Part shown: piece after piece, positions 28,055 to 41,149 of the stretch | Layout: every line of letters begins with the position of its first letter | Numbering within the stretch: position 1 is the stretch's first letter | NCBI RefSeq assembly: GCF_006345805.1 | Contig: NC_042997.1 | Coordinates: 144,026,001 to 144,090,000, forward strand | From: Octopus sinensis | Taxonomy: Eukaryota | Direction: 5' to 3' | Length of the DNA: 64,000 nt | Translations under genes and position numbers: made by a program | Notes under the pieces: model-generated | Told to the model about the DNA's origin: nothing | The model's database searches: none | Seen by the model: only the letters and a program-made list of their open reading frames with translations

Positions 28055-28305
28055 ACATAGAGACTAGCTTCATTGGATTGCCTCAAGTTCCGCAATTAAT
28101 TTTAGACCATCATGGTTTCCCGATCTCTTGTTCTAAAATTTCTAAGAATCCATCCGGTCAGCCGCCTGTATTTCATTGCCAACTTAGCAACATTCTCATG
28201 GAAGGATGCATCATTACTCATGTAAATGCGCAGGTCCCGCACTGACTGTGTCTCTGGGATTGCAATCGCTCCAGGTCCAGTGTATTTAATTTGTATTGCA
28301 TTTAG
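28055..28305 (-). mobile_element. CR1/L2-group LINE RT C-terminal fragment
   Basis: YTGPGAIAIPETQSVRDLRIYMSNDASF...LTGWILRNFRTRD resembles the CR1-type 'VRDLG..I...L.F..HI...GWILR.F' region. Confidence 0.65.
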
Positions 28306-28309
28306 AGAG

Positions 28310-28350
<41 letters not shown>

Positions 28351-28729
28351 GACAGACAGACAGACAGTGCGAGAGACGTTTTAATTCATTAATTGTACGC
28401 GATTTACATAAATACTTTCTTTCTCCTCACACTCATTAAGAGAAATACTCATGGAATTAGCGATGTCACATAAGTGGCGCAAAAACGGTTGTACCAAAAC
28501 CTCTCATACTCGATGGTGCTTATGAGTCTTTCACACTGCCTCCGAGACTGGAGACAGGATGAAAGAGAAGAAAATAGCTTCCAACTGGAAATCTAGTCCG
28601 AATGCTTGCAACAGAGTCCGGCAGTGGTGTTAGACTGAGCGAGCCTAATTTAACTGAGCGGTTAAATCCACCACCCATTTTATGATCACAGTGCAGCATT
28701 CAGTAATCACACACTCAACCGAAGTGCTG

Positions 28730-28985
28730 ATTTAGGCCAGCACTTCGGTTTGCAATCGTATGAAGATCCTGCTGTACCAGAGCGTTGATCTACCACCAGC
28801 GATCTATGCAGGAGACACTTGGAAAATGATTGCCAAGATCAATTTGAGGTTGAATGTATTTCACTAATGGTATTTACGCAGAATATTCAAGATCATCTAC
28901 AGGGACTTAACTACAAACTCTGAAGTCCTGAGAAGAACTAATCTGTGTAGCCAGCAGGAGACTGTGACAGAAAAAAGGAGTAAAA
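28730..28985 (+). mobile_element. RTE-clade LINE RT C-terminal fragment
   Basis: KILLYQSVDLPPAIYAGDTWKM...LNVFH*WYLRRIFKIIYRD..TNSEVLRR. Confidence 0.7.
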
Positions 28986-29049
28986 CTTGCAGAAGAATGA
29001 CTGTGAGAGGAACGAATATTCAAGACAGCTCTAAAAAGAGTACCAACAG

Positions 29050-29300
29050 GTGAGTTCAGCTACCAGCCCAGGCCCCGCTGCTCGTCAGATTGCGATGGGC
29101 AAACTGTCAAAATATCAGTCGCTCTCTAACAGGTTTGTGGTCGTGTCTGTGACAGTAAAGGCCTCCGGCGTTCTCGGCTTCCGGACCGCATCAAAGTGCG
29201 AGCCCTGTGAATCAGAGTGGCTGTTCCAGTACAGTTCACTTGCCACCCCCCGGCTCATCGCCTTTTCCATTTGGTCTGTTGGGATTATGAGGTGGGCTGA
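29050..29300 (+). mobile_element. CRE-like RLE C-terminal fragment
   Basis: AARQIAMGKLSKYQSLSNRFVVVSVTVKASGVLG...EPCESEWLFQYSSLA resembles the CRE-type 'K..KY..L...F.PVAVET.G..G...WLFQR.S.A' motif, with an internal deletion. Confidence 0.55.
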
Positions 29301-29919
29301 CAATCCTTTTTAGATATCACTTGTTACTTATTAGTAACTCGAATATTAAAGTGAAAGTGTATTTAACTGATTTCAAGATCGTGACCACTTATTAAGAACA
29401 AACGCATTTTATCAAAGAAAACTTTGTTAGAAACATAGAAAAACTGATAGAAAATAGAATTTGACAAACTGCTTTCTATCATGGTAAATTTAATGTTGTG
29501 TTGACATTGTCTTGAGAATAGGGTGAAGTTCAGAGTCAAGTTTCGCATTAACAGCAACTTCAAATTTAAAATGTGTTAAATGGATTATTAACTTTGTTTA
29601 ATTTTAATATGGTCAAAAATAAGACAGTAAAAGTTAATTTTGCTTTACGGCTATAATTGGATTATATTTTAAAAATCAATTAAATGTGGATGGCATTCGT
29701 AACAAGTCACAACACATCACCACACATATACACACATACACATGGAGAGAGAGAGAGAGGGGGGGAGAGAGGTGGAAGATTTTTTAATGTTGGTTACAAA
29801 GTGTTCCGAAAATCTATCTTTTCTCTTAAGCTAGAAAAATGATTTCTTAATTTTCTTTCAATATAAATTTGTAACGCTGTCTTTCTAGTAATAAATGTGA
29901 TATACATTTCATACACACG

Positions 29920-29974
<55 letters not shown>

Positions 29975-30811
29975 CTTGTAGCTAAAAATAACTCTGTACT
30001 TATGATGACTATAACAGCAGCTCAATGTGTTTGTATCACTGATTTAATTAGTCTTGATTCATAACATTCCATGTCTTTCAATAGGAATAAATATATATAT
30101 TTCTCGTGGCTGACGGCTTAACAAACTTATTAAAAATCTCATTAAAAAGTTTACCATTCGTTAATAACAAATCCTCCTGGCTAACCCACTTCTCTCTCTC
30201 TCTCTGAATATTAACATACAACATGCATCCGAAACTTCAGTTAACTGTCAATTGGTAAATGCCTGTAGTACTTAAGTGTAGATGAATGACGACAGATGGG
30301 AAAGAAGACATACTTTTCTATAAGTAGTTCAGGGGTAAATATACGAACAACAGCTATAGAATTCTACATATGATTTGGTATAAATTATGAACAGTTAAGT
30401 TAAAGCCAACGGATTTGTATAGCGAGGTGGGAGTCTAATTCATTGATACTTCTACTGTACTGATGAAAAGGAAATATTAACTCACTAACTAACATTAACT
30501 ATATCTGATCTTGACAAGTATAAGAGGCAATTACAGTCTTATTAGAAGAGAACCCAGTGTTTAAGTGGAAGAGATGGTTAGGCGCCATAATTCTATTCCA
30601 TCTTTCATTAAAAATAATAATGCGGTACGACGTAAAAATAGTTTACGTCAGACGACCAGGCTCAACGTAGTCCATTGGTTAAGGTGTAATAGTAAGACAA
30701 TAGAAACATCGCCTTGTGTTCGGTTTGCTTGTATTGCGAATATTATTAGAAAATAAGCAGTTTATTGATAGAATCGTGGTCACCACCCTGCCCTTATACT
30801 TACTTTCTGTT

Positions 30812-31012
30812 ATAGGCACAAGACATGAAGTTTGTTGTGAGGAGAAGCTAGTCGATTACGTCCACCCCAGTGTATAACTGGTACTTATTTTATCGACTCC
30901 GAAAGTACCAAAGGAAAATCAACTTCGGATAAATTTGAATACAACGCAAGGTCGGATGAGATAACGCTAAGCATTTTGTCCGGCGTACTAAAGGTTCTGT
31001 CAGTTTGCTGCC
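30812..31012 (-). mobile_element. S1 SINE, degenerate
   Basis: Reverse-complement S1 blocks. Confidence 0.65.
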
Positions 31013-31258
31013 TTACACTGCCCTCACATATCAAAAATTCTAACCATGCCTGTCTTTTCCAGACCCTCACAAACCCTGTTCACAATGGATCTTAAATTCC
31101 TATACACTTCATTCTACACGAGCTTTAGAATATATCTGTCACCGCCACTCTTCATTTGAACCCAGTACTAATACCCTTCTCTGTCTAGCTGGACTAGTCC
31201 CTCTCGGGGAGTTCTAATAACAAGCCAGCGAGATAATCAAAGATGGTCTCAACTTTTA

Positions 31259-31473
31259 CGAAGGGGTGCTAAACGTCCTTGGCTTTGGGTAAAAGAAAAT
31301 ACAGGAGCTCCGTTAATTATGATTTTATTCAACGCCTTCCCGTCTCAGATTCAAGCACTTATTGCAGTGGCCCTTTAGTTTTTCTAAGCCCTGTAAAAGA
31401 ACTCGAAAGGTTAGTGTCCCAACCAGGCCTTTCGAGATACCCTTAAAGCCAGGAACTTTTCAGCACCCCCTCG
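31259..31473. mobile_element. mariner-type MITE
   Basis: TA|CGAAGGGGTGCTAAACGTCCTTGGCTTT ... AAAGCCAGGAACTTTTCAGCACCCCCTCG imperfect TIRs of about 28 bp. Confidence 0.75.
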
Positions 31474-31589
31474 ATTATTCAGTTTGATGGATATAAAACT
31501 AGGGATCGGCAAACTGAATATAAAACAATAATGATATGCTTGTGTATGTATTGTGTATACGAGCGTGTGTGCATTTATACATATACTCT

Positions 31590-31803
31590 TTACTCTTTCT
31601 CTTTTACTTGTTTCAGTCATTTGACTGCGGCCATACTGGAGCACCGCCTTTTTTTAGTCGAGCAAATCGACCCCGGGATTTATTCTTTGTAAGCCCAGTA
31701 CTTATTCTATCGGTCTCTTTTGCCGAACCGCTAAGTTACGGGGACGTAAACACACCAGTATCGGTTGTCAAGCAATGCTAGGGGGACAAACACAGACACA
31801 CAA

Positions 31804-31848
<45 letters not shown>

Positions 31849-32016
31849 CGACAGGCTTCTTTCAGTTTCCGTCTACCAAATCCACTCACAAGGCATTGGT
31901 CGGCCCGGGGCTATAGCAGAAGACACTTGCCCAAGATTCCACGCAGTGGGACTGAACCCGGAACCATGTGGTTGGTTAGCAAGCTACTTACCACACAGCC
32001 ACTCCTGCGCCTATAT
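31590..32016 (-). mobile_element. S2 SINE, full length
   Basis: Minus head ATAGGCGCAGGAGTGGCTGTGTGGTAAG...CCGGGTTCAGTCCC, internal (AC/AT)n and tail. Confidence 0.9.
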
Positions 32017-33067
32017 AGCCACTCCTGCGCCTATATGTGTAGTTCTTGTGGATAGTCTATCTGCTTCTATGTTCTATCTTTATATTTTAACCCTCTACCA
32101 TCACGCAACCTCTTGTCATAGACCACAGCACTTTTCTGTCCTTTCTCTGTACATTTTTATCTCACTTTTCTGAGCCCTCCATTCAGTTCTAGTTCCTCAT
32201 AGTCTAACTGTTCTTTAAAATTATTTTTATCCGTCTAACATTTATTGATTCATTATTTGGAGCATTCACCTTCTCCCATCTCTCTTTCCCTTATTTTGTC
32301 TGACCATGTATATATTCTGTTGTTCCTCGTCTCTTTGCCTAGTCATTTCACTCATCCCATGCGGCACTTACATAGCACTCGCTATTTCAACTGACCTACA
32401 AACTTTAACTCTTCTCACAATCTACATCCTTCTACATAGCACAGCTCGTACACTACTCGCATCGACATCCGACTCTCTTCATACAGACTCTAACAGTTTC
32501 CCCCTCTCTCACTCCCCAGCTAAGCCTTTATTATGTTTATTTCCCCATCTACACTATTGCACCCTGGCTCATAAGAACTGTTTGAAATCTTGCTCACAGC
32601 ATAAAATGTTTCCCTCTGTTTCCATTGTTTCTATTACACTTATCGATGCAGAAAAGCATTAGTTGCCTCGAATTCTAGTGTTTTATTAAGCAAGTAATTA
32701 GCTGGTTTTATAAATTGTTAATTTTCACTTCTAAAGGGAATCGCAATTTATTCTAGTTTATCAATTAACTGTTCTAGACTTGAATAATTTCTTTATACAG
32801 AAAAAATGTTAACATAGTACACCAACCTTCACACCTCTCAGGCTATCTTGTACTGGCTCTTTCCCTCTCTGTCATCTTTCTCTCACTCTCTCTCTTTCTC
32901 TCTCTCTCTGTCTTCCCCCCTCTCTCTCTCTCTTTCTCTCTCTCTTTCCCTCTCTCTAACATATATCTCTTGGTATCCGTCATCACTCCACATCTTTCAT
33001 TTTCCGAAATGCGATTTTGCGTTCTGGCCCTTAAACCTTAAAAAGGCCTATCTTTTCTCTCTCTCTT

Positions 33068-33120
<53 letters not shown>

Positions 33121-33883
33121 TCACCCACCCTCCTTCCTCCTTCCCTCCTTCCCTCCTTGTTTCTCTTTCTCCCCTTCCTCTCTCTCGCTCTCCTTCTCTC
33201 ATCCTTTCCTCTCCCTCCTCACCTCTGAAGGACTTTGTGGCCAAAATGTCAGACTTCCCTTCTTTCCTACAACATAAAATATATTCTACTATTTAAATAG
33301 TTTGTATTTTTTTCTGACTCTGTCTTCACTGGATTCTACGGTTTTACTAACCTTGTAATTGATTTCCGTATAAATTAAGATTTGTTTTGTTTCTAACGGA
33401 AATGTCTATTATCTTAGTTATCAATTAGTCCTTTCAGACATAGATTATTTCTAAATACTGGAAAAGAGTTTTCATGATTTAAAACGGCTCAATTAGTGAA
33501 TTGATTATAACAACAGAATATATTACACGCGAAAATATACAGGTTACGGTAACAACTTTGGAAAGTTGCCATTTCCAGAAAAACTCATTTAAGTTTTTCG
33601 GGTAACATTCTGCAAGTGAATGTGAAATATGACTTTTTACAATTGTAATTATGGTTGGCTCTCAGAAATCTTAATTATAAATCTTAATGACACGTTTATA
33701 ACATTCAGTAAAAATATTATTCTGAACAAGAATTATGTGAAGAGTGAACATAACTGTATGTACGCTCGGTCCAGACTATTAGAAACGGTGTTATTATTCA
33801 GTTCTCAGCTAGCTCTGAATTCATTCCAATATCGGTTACATACGTGTTCATATATGATATTATATATTTCTTTATTGCTCATA

Positions 33884-34020
33884 AGGGGCTAAACATAGAG
33901 GGGACAAACAAGGACAGACAAAGGGATTAAGTCGATTACATCGACCCCAGTGCGAAACTGGTATTTTATTTATCGACCCAGAAAGGATGAAAGGCAAAGT
34001 CAACCTCGGCGGAATTTGAG
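33884..34020 (-). mobile_element. S1 SINE, 3' part
   Basis: Reverse-complement S1 body and tail. Confidence 0.8.
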
Positions 34021-34520
34021 TATTCATATACGATATTATAGGCTTAAACGAGTTTGCGAATTGTCGGGTAAATGTGATGAGAAAAAATGGCGAATGTACG
34101 TGGAAAAGTAGTCTTGTTTAGTTAAAAAGAAAAACTACGTTTAATAAGAACACTATGCAATTTCAGATATGTCCAACTTTAGCAAGGTTAAACGTTTGAC
34201 GAGCAAAACGAACAAACCCTAATGGTTCCTGTTCATTCTCTGTTGAAACAAACCGTATTGTACAATTTCAGATAGAAGCAGAAGCTTGTAGGGAGGTAGG
34301 CCATTTCTGTTGCAGTAGTTTCCATATGATTGTCCTAATCAGTATCAGCACAATCAGAAATTGAAGACGACCTACTCACGCAAATCAACCAATGAATTTT
34401 ATTTTTCCTTAGCGGAACATTTGGTATCCAGGAACATTCTTTTCAGTCTATTTGGTTTACTGCTTTTTGACTCCGTTCATAATTACTAAACCTACAATTA
34501 TGGGTTTATATTTTTATGCG

Positions 34521-34735
34521 CAAAGAGGTGAGCGGGCAGAAACGTTTGCGCGCTGGACAAAATGCTTAGAAGCATTTCTTCGGGCACTTTACGTTCTGAG
34601 CTTAAATCATTCTGAAGTTAACTTTGCCTTTCATTCCTTTTCGGGTCGATAAAATAAACTACCAGTCAAGTATGGGCGTCGATGTAATCGACCTGCCTCC
34701 TTCCTGTCCAAATTGCTTGTCTTGTACTAAAATTA
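34521..34735 (+). mobile_element. S1 SINE, degenerate
   Basis: S1 blocks. Confidence 0.7.
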
Positions 34736-35642
34736 GAAATATGTTTTATGAGCAAAGTATAATGGAAATTCAAAAATACTGCGTATTAGAGTTATAAAAA
34801 AACGCGTTTTTAACAAGGATTTTATAATTGAAGAAATGCCTTTTAGCTCATTGGGCAACATAATTCTCTCTGTGATGTTGCGCTCTTATTGAAATGAGTA
34901 TGCTCTTTCCTAGATATAATAACATTATAAAATCGTTGAACGAAAAGAGATGTAAAGTTAGCTTCAGCAGAACTTGAGCTCAGAACGTAAATGCAGAGTA
35001 AAAATTACCGGTAGGGAATAACCATACAAGAAAACGTAGAATCATCTAAATTGTATAACTTAATACAATTGAAAAAGCTTAGTCCAATCTTGTTAGGTAG
35101 TTCAACAAAGCTAGTTTTGATAAGTATCTGAGCCAAGGTTTATGTAATTAACTGTTTTTAATAGCGGCTGAATTTGTAATAGTTTGTACTTGGTGAACAG
35201 GCACAATTATTGCCGTCAACGAAGAGCAACTTACTTTATGATCACCCATGAGAAATATCTTTGGGTATTTTGTTTTGTTTTCCACGCATAACACCTCTTA
35301 CAATATTTTCAGCTGTCATAGACGCACTCTCAAGACTGCAGCTACAGTCAAGCAACCGCAAAGACGGGATGGGTGGGGATTCGGCAGTTCGAACAACATG
35401 CTCGGTAAAAACCTGGGGTACCGAAGCGTTCGGATGAACTTCAGCTCAAAGGTTTAACAACACATTGGGTGTATAATTCAAATCTGAGCGTGAATGAAGC
35501 TGCAATACAACTTATGACAATATCTGACATGAGTAACAGAAAAGGGAGGGTTGCTCTTTTAAGTATTCGCCAAGGAAGAAGAATTTGCTTGGTAAGTTGG
35601 GTAAAAAAAACATGGAAAAGTCTGAAAATAAAATTACTATCT

Positions 35643-36030
35643 ATAGGCGTGGGAGTGGTTGTGTGGTAAGTAGCTTGCTTACCAACCACATGGTTCCGGG
35701 TTCATTTCCACTGCGTGGCACCCTGGGCAAGTGTCTTCTACTATAGCCTTGGGCCGACTAAAGCCTTGTGAGTGGATTTGGTAGACGGAAACTGAAAGAA
35801 GCCCTCATATATATGTATGTGTGTGTATATATTTGTATGTCTGTGTTTGTCCCTCCCCCAACATCGTTTGACAACCGATGCTGGTGTGTAACTTAGCGGT
35901 TCGGCAAAAGAGACCGATAGAATAAGTACTAGGCTTACAAAGAATAAGTCCTTGGGGCGATTTGCTCGACTAAAGGCGGTGCTCCAGCATAGCCACAGTC
36001 AAATGACTGAAACAAGTAAAAGCGTAAAAG
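35643..36030 (+). mobile_element. S2 SINE, full length
   Basis: Head, internal AT/GT repeat and tail. Confidence 0.9.
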
Positions 36031-36577
36031 AGTATCATATATTTTGAGTGCTACAAGATATAGAGTAAACGTTGCTTGCTCATGACGAGCTGATAATAAT
36101 TATTCAGTCCTATTCGAACGCTGGCCAGAATGTGTACCGATACAATTGGTTGTTGATATTCAGGGCCGTATAGGTAATTGAACGCGAAGCTCAAATGGGA
36201 AGCTATAAGTTCATCTTTGAAGTAAACCTCTGTTAGCTCTTGTATTTGTATAAATATTGTTTATGAAAATCATTGCAAGTAGCTAAAATATAAACAACTT
36301 CGTAGAAAACGGCTTAAATTACAAAACATATTTTGAATGATATGACGCGCGAAGATTTCTTGTGATATCCTCTGTGATATCACAAGAAAGGCAAAAGACA
36401 CGTCATGTTGTCTCGGAGCATATATTGCCTTTAGAAGGAGTGAAATTGGGATCTGTTGATAGCTGAAAACCATACGAGAAGTATATTTGGAGGCCGAGAG
36501 GACGATAATCTTTTCTGTCGGTCAACACATTGCTCAGACGAGTTACAATCATTAATCTCTGGACATTACTATCCCAA

Positions 36578-36945
<368 letters not shown>

Positions 36946-37189
36946 GTCTTCATGGTGTATAAGTGACTGAGGTCACAACATTTCCTATGAACAGGACACC
37001 TGTTCGTTGCAGAGTTACTCATTTACAGCAGTGTGGACTGGGGCAACGTGAAATGAAGTGATTTGCTCAAGAACACAGCATACCACCTGATCTAGGAATC
37101 GAAACTATACTTTTCCGATTGTGAGAACAACACCTTAACCACTAGGCCGTACGATTTTACTTAGATGAGTTAAAATGTATATTCAAAGC

Positions 37190-37680
37190 TGGAGAAATCA
37201 CTTGTAAAGTCATTGAGAGCATCTGATCATATATCGATCATATGCAAAGAAATCACTTGTAAAGACATTGAGAGCATCTGATCAGATATCGATGTTATTA
37301 CAGAAAGACATGCCGATAGCTTTGATACTAAGTCTGTGAAAGCTGAACTCCAGACATTTGGAGTTCTTATGAGACGGGTTTTTGTGACGTTATAGTGCAT
37401 CGGAATGAAAAAGCAACCGAGGGAAACACCTACTATCAGAGATTTACACAATCTGCCAACTTGTACTGGCAATTCCTGCAACAGCTGCAACGGCTGAATG
37501 AGCATTTTCTATAGCTAAATGATTAAAGACATGTCTTCGGTCAAGAATGACAAAAGAGATATTAAATTCTCTGGCTGTTCTTTCAGATCACAAAGAACGG
37601 ACAGACAAATAAATTTGATTGCAGATGCCATGGAATTGCTTCTGAAATGAGAATACGTGAAAGAATTTGACAGATTCTTT
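37190..37680 (+). mobile_element. hAT transposase C-terminal (dimerisation-domain) remnant
   Basis: ICQLVLAIPATAATAE*AFS...LKTCLRSRMTKE..LNSLAVL matches the hAT 'P.T.A..ER.FS.L..IKT.LRS.M...RLN.LA.L' motif. It contains a 55-bp-period duplication at 37193-37293. Confidence 0.75.
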
Positions 37681-38223
37681 CTGGTTGGATGGTAAATGGA
37701 GCTGAATAATAAAGTTTTATAATTACGACTACTATTCACTTTTAGAATGACAGTCTATAATTGATATTTCATCATATGTGCTTTACAAATTTTAATCAAT
37801 ATCATTCAAACCGCCCAGAAATACTAAAGATAAGGGTGGCAGAGAAATCATGCATTTTTCCGTGCCTCCAGTTACACTTAATTCATCATCTAATACTAAT
37901 ATACATTAAATATTAATGTTCATTTAAACGCAAAGTTTCAAAGCATGCATTTTATCAAATGTTTTAAACGTCTTTATTGCGTGCTGATTCTCAATTTTAT
38001 TATATCCACTGTACGCATCTAAAAGCAGCTCCACCATGCCAGTTAGCAAAGCATAGTCTTCCCCATATTTGCCAAATTAGAGATAAGGGAATCAATCACA
38101 CTATTGATTCCTTAATCACCTTACAATTATTATGAGTAGTCCTGGCTGTTAGATTAGATAAGTCGTATATCGCTGGAAGAAGAGGTATTTAGCATATGAC
38201 GTTGCCCTTCAGATGAGAGAGAG

Positions 38224-38224
<1 letters not shown>

Positions 38225-38263
<39 letters not shown>

Positions 38264-38288
38264 TAATAATAATGACAATGATAATAAC

Positions 38289-38362
<74 letters not shown>

Positions 38363-38378
38363 CAATGATAATAATAAC

Positions 38379-38451
<73 letters not shown>
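38225..38451. repeat. Compound (AAT)n array with a duplicated variant unit
   Basis: Directly visible. Confidence 0.95.
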
Positions 38452-38644
38452 TTAGAATTTGGAGCATGCGAACAGTAAAGGTCGTGTCTATAATAATTTG
38501 TGAGTTGGGAACAGTAAGTCAAGATTGAGATAAAATGCCCGGTAGAGTTCCACAGAAAGTTTGTCTCTTAGGGACAGCAAGGATTATCAGGAGGGTTCTA
38601 AGCATTTGAAAGACTGCTGAAAACTTATGGATACCTAAGGTTAC
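38452..38644 (+). mobile_element. RLE non-LTR 3' fragment, family E
   Basis: LGTV...QKVCLLGTARIIRRVLSI* plus a 3' UTR. Homologs at 56525-56765 and 63676-63951. Confidence 0.75.
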
Positions 38645-38700
<56 letters not shown>

Positions 38701-38756
38701 TGTAGTAGTAGTAGTAGTAGTGGCGGCAGCAGCAGCAGTATCATTATTATTATTAT

Positions 38757-39263
38757 TGAGTGAGAGAGCAGTTCATGCCATCAAAGTGACACTGGGGTAA
38801 AATATACGAAGCCCAATATACCCATCATGACTACCCGTCTGATAAAGGTACACCAGGCACATGCATCACAACCATATGTGCGCGACATGGTGATCTCATA
38901 TCAAGATAAACAACACATGACCTTGCAGGTGGGGCCCAGTTAGAATTTTCTTCAGGTTGAGTAGCCCATCCTGCTCAAACGGTCCCTGAATAAGGGTTGC
39001 TTTAGGATGTTGAACGAAACACCTATGTTTCCAGAGGTGAACCATTCAAACTCCAAAGAATCCCTCTCAACACATGGCTATGATGCTCCCCCACTACTTC
39101 TGCTCGTGATCAGAGATGCACATATCGTCAGCCACTAAGGGACATGCTCAACTGGTTAAGGTCAAACAACTGACAAGCAAACCTGTGGTATTGAGCAGAA
39201 TATTTGCTGTAGCCCATCTTTTATACCAAGACAAAACAATGTACATGATAACACTTCCAGTCA

Positions 39264-39267
<4 letters not shown>
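38757..39267 (-). mobile_element. Family H retroposon
   Basis: About 510 bp homologous to 184-715. Confidence 0.8.
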
Positions 39268-39294
<27 letters not shown>

Positions 39295-39297
39295 GTT

Positions 39298-39330
<33 letters not shown>

Positions 39331-39331
39331 A

Positions 39332-39381
<50 letters not shown>

Positions 39382-40590
39382 TCTGCCTTGTCAACGAGAA
39401 GAACAGTCTGGGATGGTAAAACAAAAATAGTGATGACAATTAACAAGAGATTAAACCCCAAAAGCGATACTGACAGGTTGTATGCGCCCAGGAACAGAGG
39501 AGGAAGAGGTCTCATGGGATGCAAGATATGTGTTGTTAATGAGAAGAACAGTCTGGGATGGTATATCAGACAGCAGAGTGAACCCTTGCTTGCCGTTGTT
39601 AGAATTAACAATATAATACCTACCGAAAATGTGGTGCACCCACAAGCATTTAAGAAGCAAGATTTAGAAGAAAGAATAAACAATTAGAAAATGAAATCAC
39701 TGCATGGGCAATACCTCAGAGAAATCGAAGGAAAAGACAAGGTCAACACTTGGAGATGGCTAAGAAAAAGTCATTTGAAAGGATGCACTGAGGCATTGAT
39801 ATGCAGCGCTCGGGAACAAGCTCTGAGAACTAATTACACCAAGTTCCAAATAGATAAGAACAGTGAATCGCCCCGTTGTAGGATGTGTAACAGCAGAAGT
39901 GAAACAACCTCACATATTGTGAGTGAGTGTAGCAAGGTGGCCCCAAAACACTACAAAAAGACGCACGATAACGTGTCTAAGTTCATCCACTGGGGGCTAT
40001 GTGAAAAGTACGGCCTGAACAGTGCACGAAAATAGTACGAACACGAACCAGAAGGAGTATCTGAGAACAACGAACATAAGATAATGTGAGATTTTGCAAT
40101 CCAATGTAATTACCTAATCGATGCTCGGAGGCCAGATATTGTTGTGGTAAATAAAGGGGAAAAGGAAACCAAGATTATAGATATTGCAATACCTGGGGAT
40201 GCACGCGTAAGTGACAAAGAACTAGAAAAGATTGAAAAGTATAGACTACTAAAAGACGAAATTGCAAGAATGTGGACTATGAGGAGAGTATCTGTCAGTT
40301 CAATAGTTGTAGAAGCACTCGGAGCACTAACAGCCAAGTTCGAGAAATATGTCAGAGAAATTTGAATTGACATGAGAACAGTGCATACCCCAAAAATGCT
40401 CTAAGGACAGCTGGGATTTTGAAATTGGTACTTGGGTGTTGAATGTCTTCTATCATAATTAACAACTAAGTATCAAAGCTTATAATGTGTGGAAAGTGAC
40501 CCTGTGAGACCTCTGACAGCAGGCTGCTGTCCACTATCAGAGAATCTACCAGAGCTGACAAAACCGAGCGCTCTGAGAAGTAAGACAACA
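39382..40590 (+). mobile_element. R4/Dong-like RLE non-LTR retrotransposon, family D, 5'-truncated
   Basis: NPKSDTDRLYAPRNRGGRG, CCHC CRMCNSRSETTSHIVSEC, RLE RPDIVVVNK..IIDIAIPGD...EKIEKY, a 3' UTR and an (ACA)n tail. Confidence 0.88.
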
Positions 40591-41149
40591 ACAACAATGA
40601 TAAGTTCAAGAAAATAGTGAATGGATGCATGGAAAAATGAATTAATGATTGAGTGAATGAATAAATATTCCCATCGTGGCTGAGGATCAGGGGCTTCAAA
40701 CACAACCCCTTCGTTGACTTTTATGTTCTCTTCAGGATGAATAAAGTTGATGCGCCCCAAACTCTTTTCCGAGCCAATTTACTGTCTCTTCGCAGGCCCT
40801 CGAAAGTCGCGAGTATTTATGCTTGGAGCTGTTCTCCCAGCTTGGTTGCCTTCTAAGGCTGCAGATCCCAGGCCTGGGTGGTCTGGGATCGGCAGCCCAA
40901 ATATATAGCCTGTGTATCTATCGAGAGTGGTCCTTGCTGTTGGACACGCTAAGTCCCTTCACTATTGCTAATTAGTCATTGAACCTTTCTTGAGTTCATA
41001 CGTGTTTTTGATAGGCGCTGTTTTTACCCTGATGGGTTTCTAGCAATCCCTTGCACTAAGCAAGCCAACGACCCGACCCTGTAACGGGCTGTATCAGACC
41101 ATGTGTTAGCAGTAGCACTCATGACCGTCCAGATATAAAGGATATCTTT

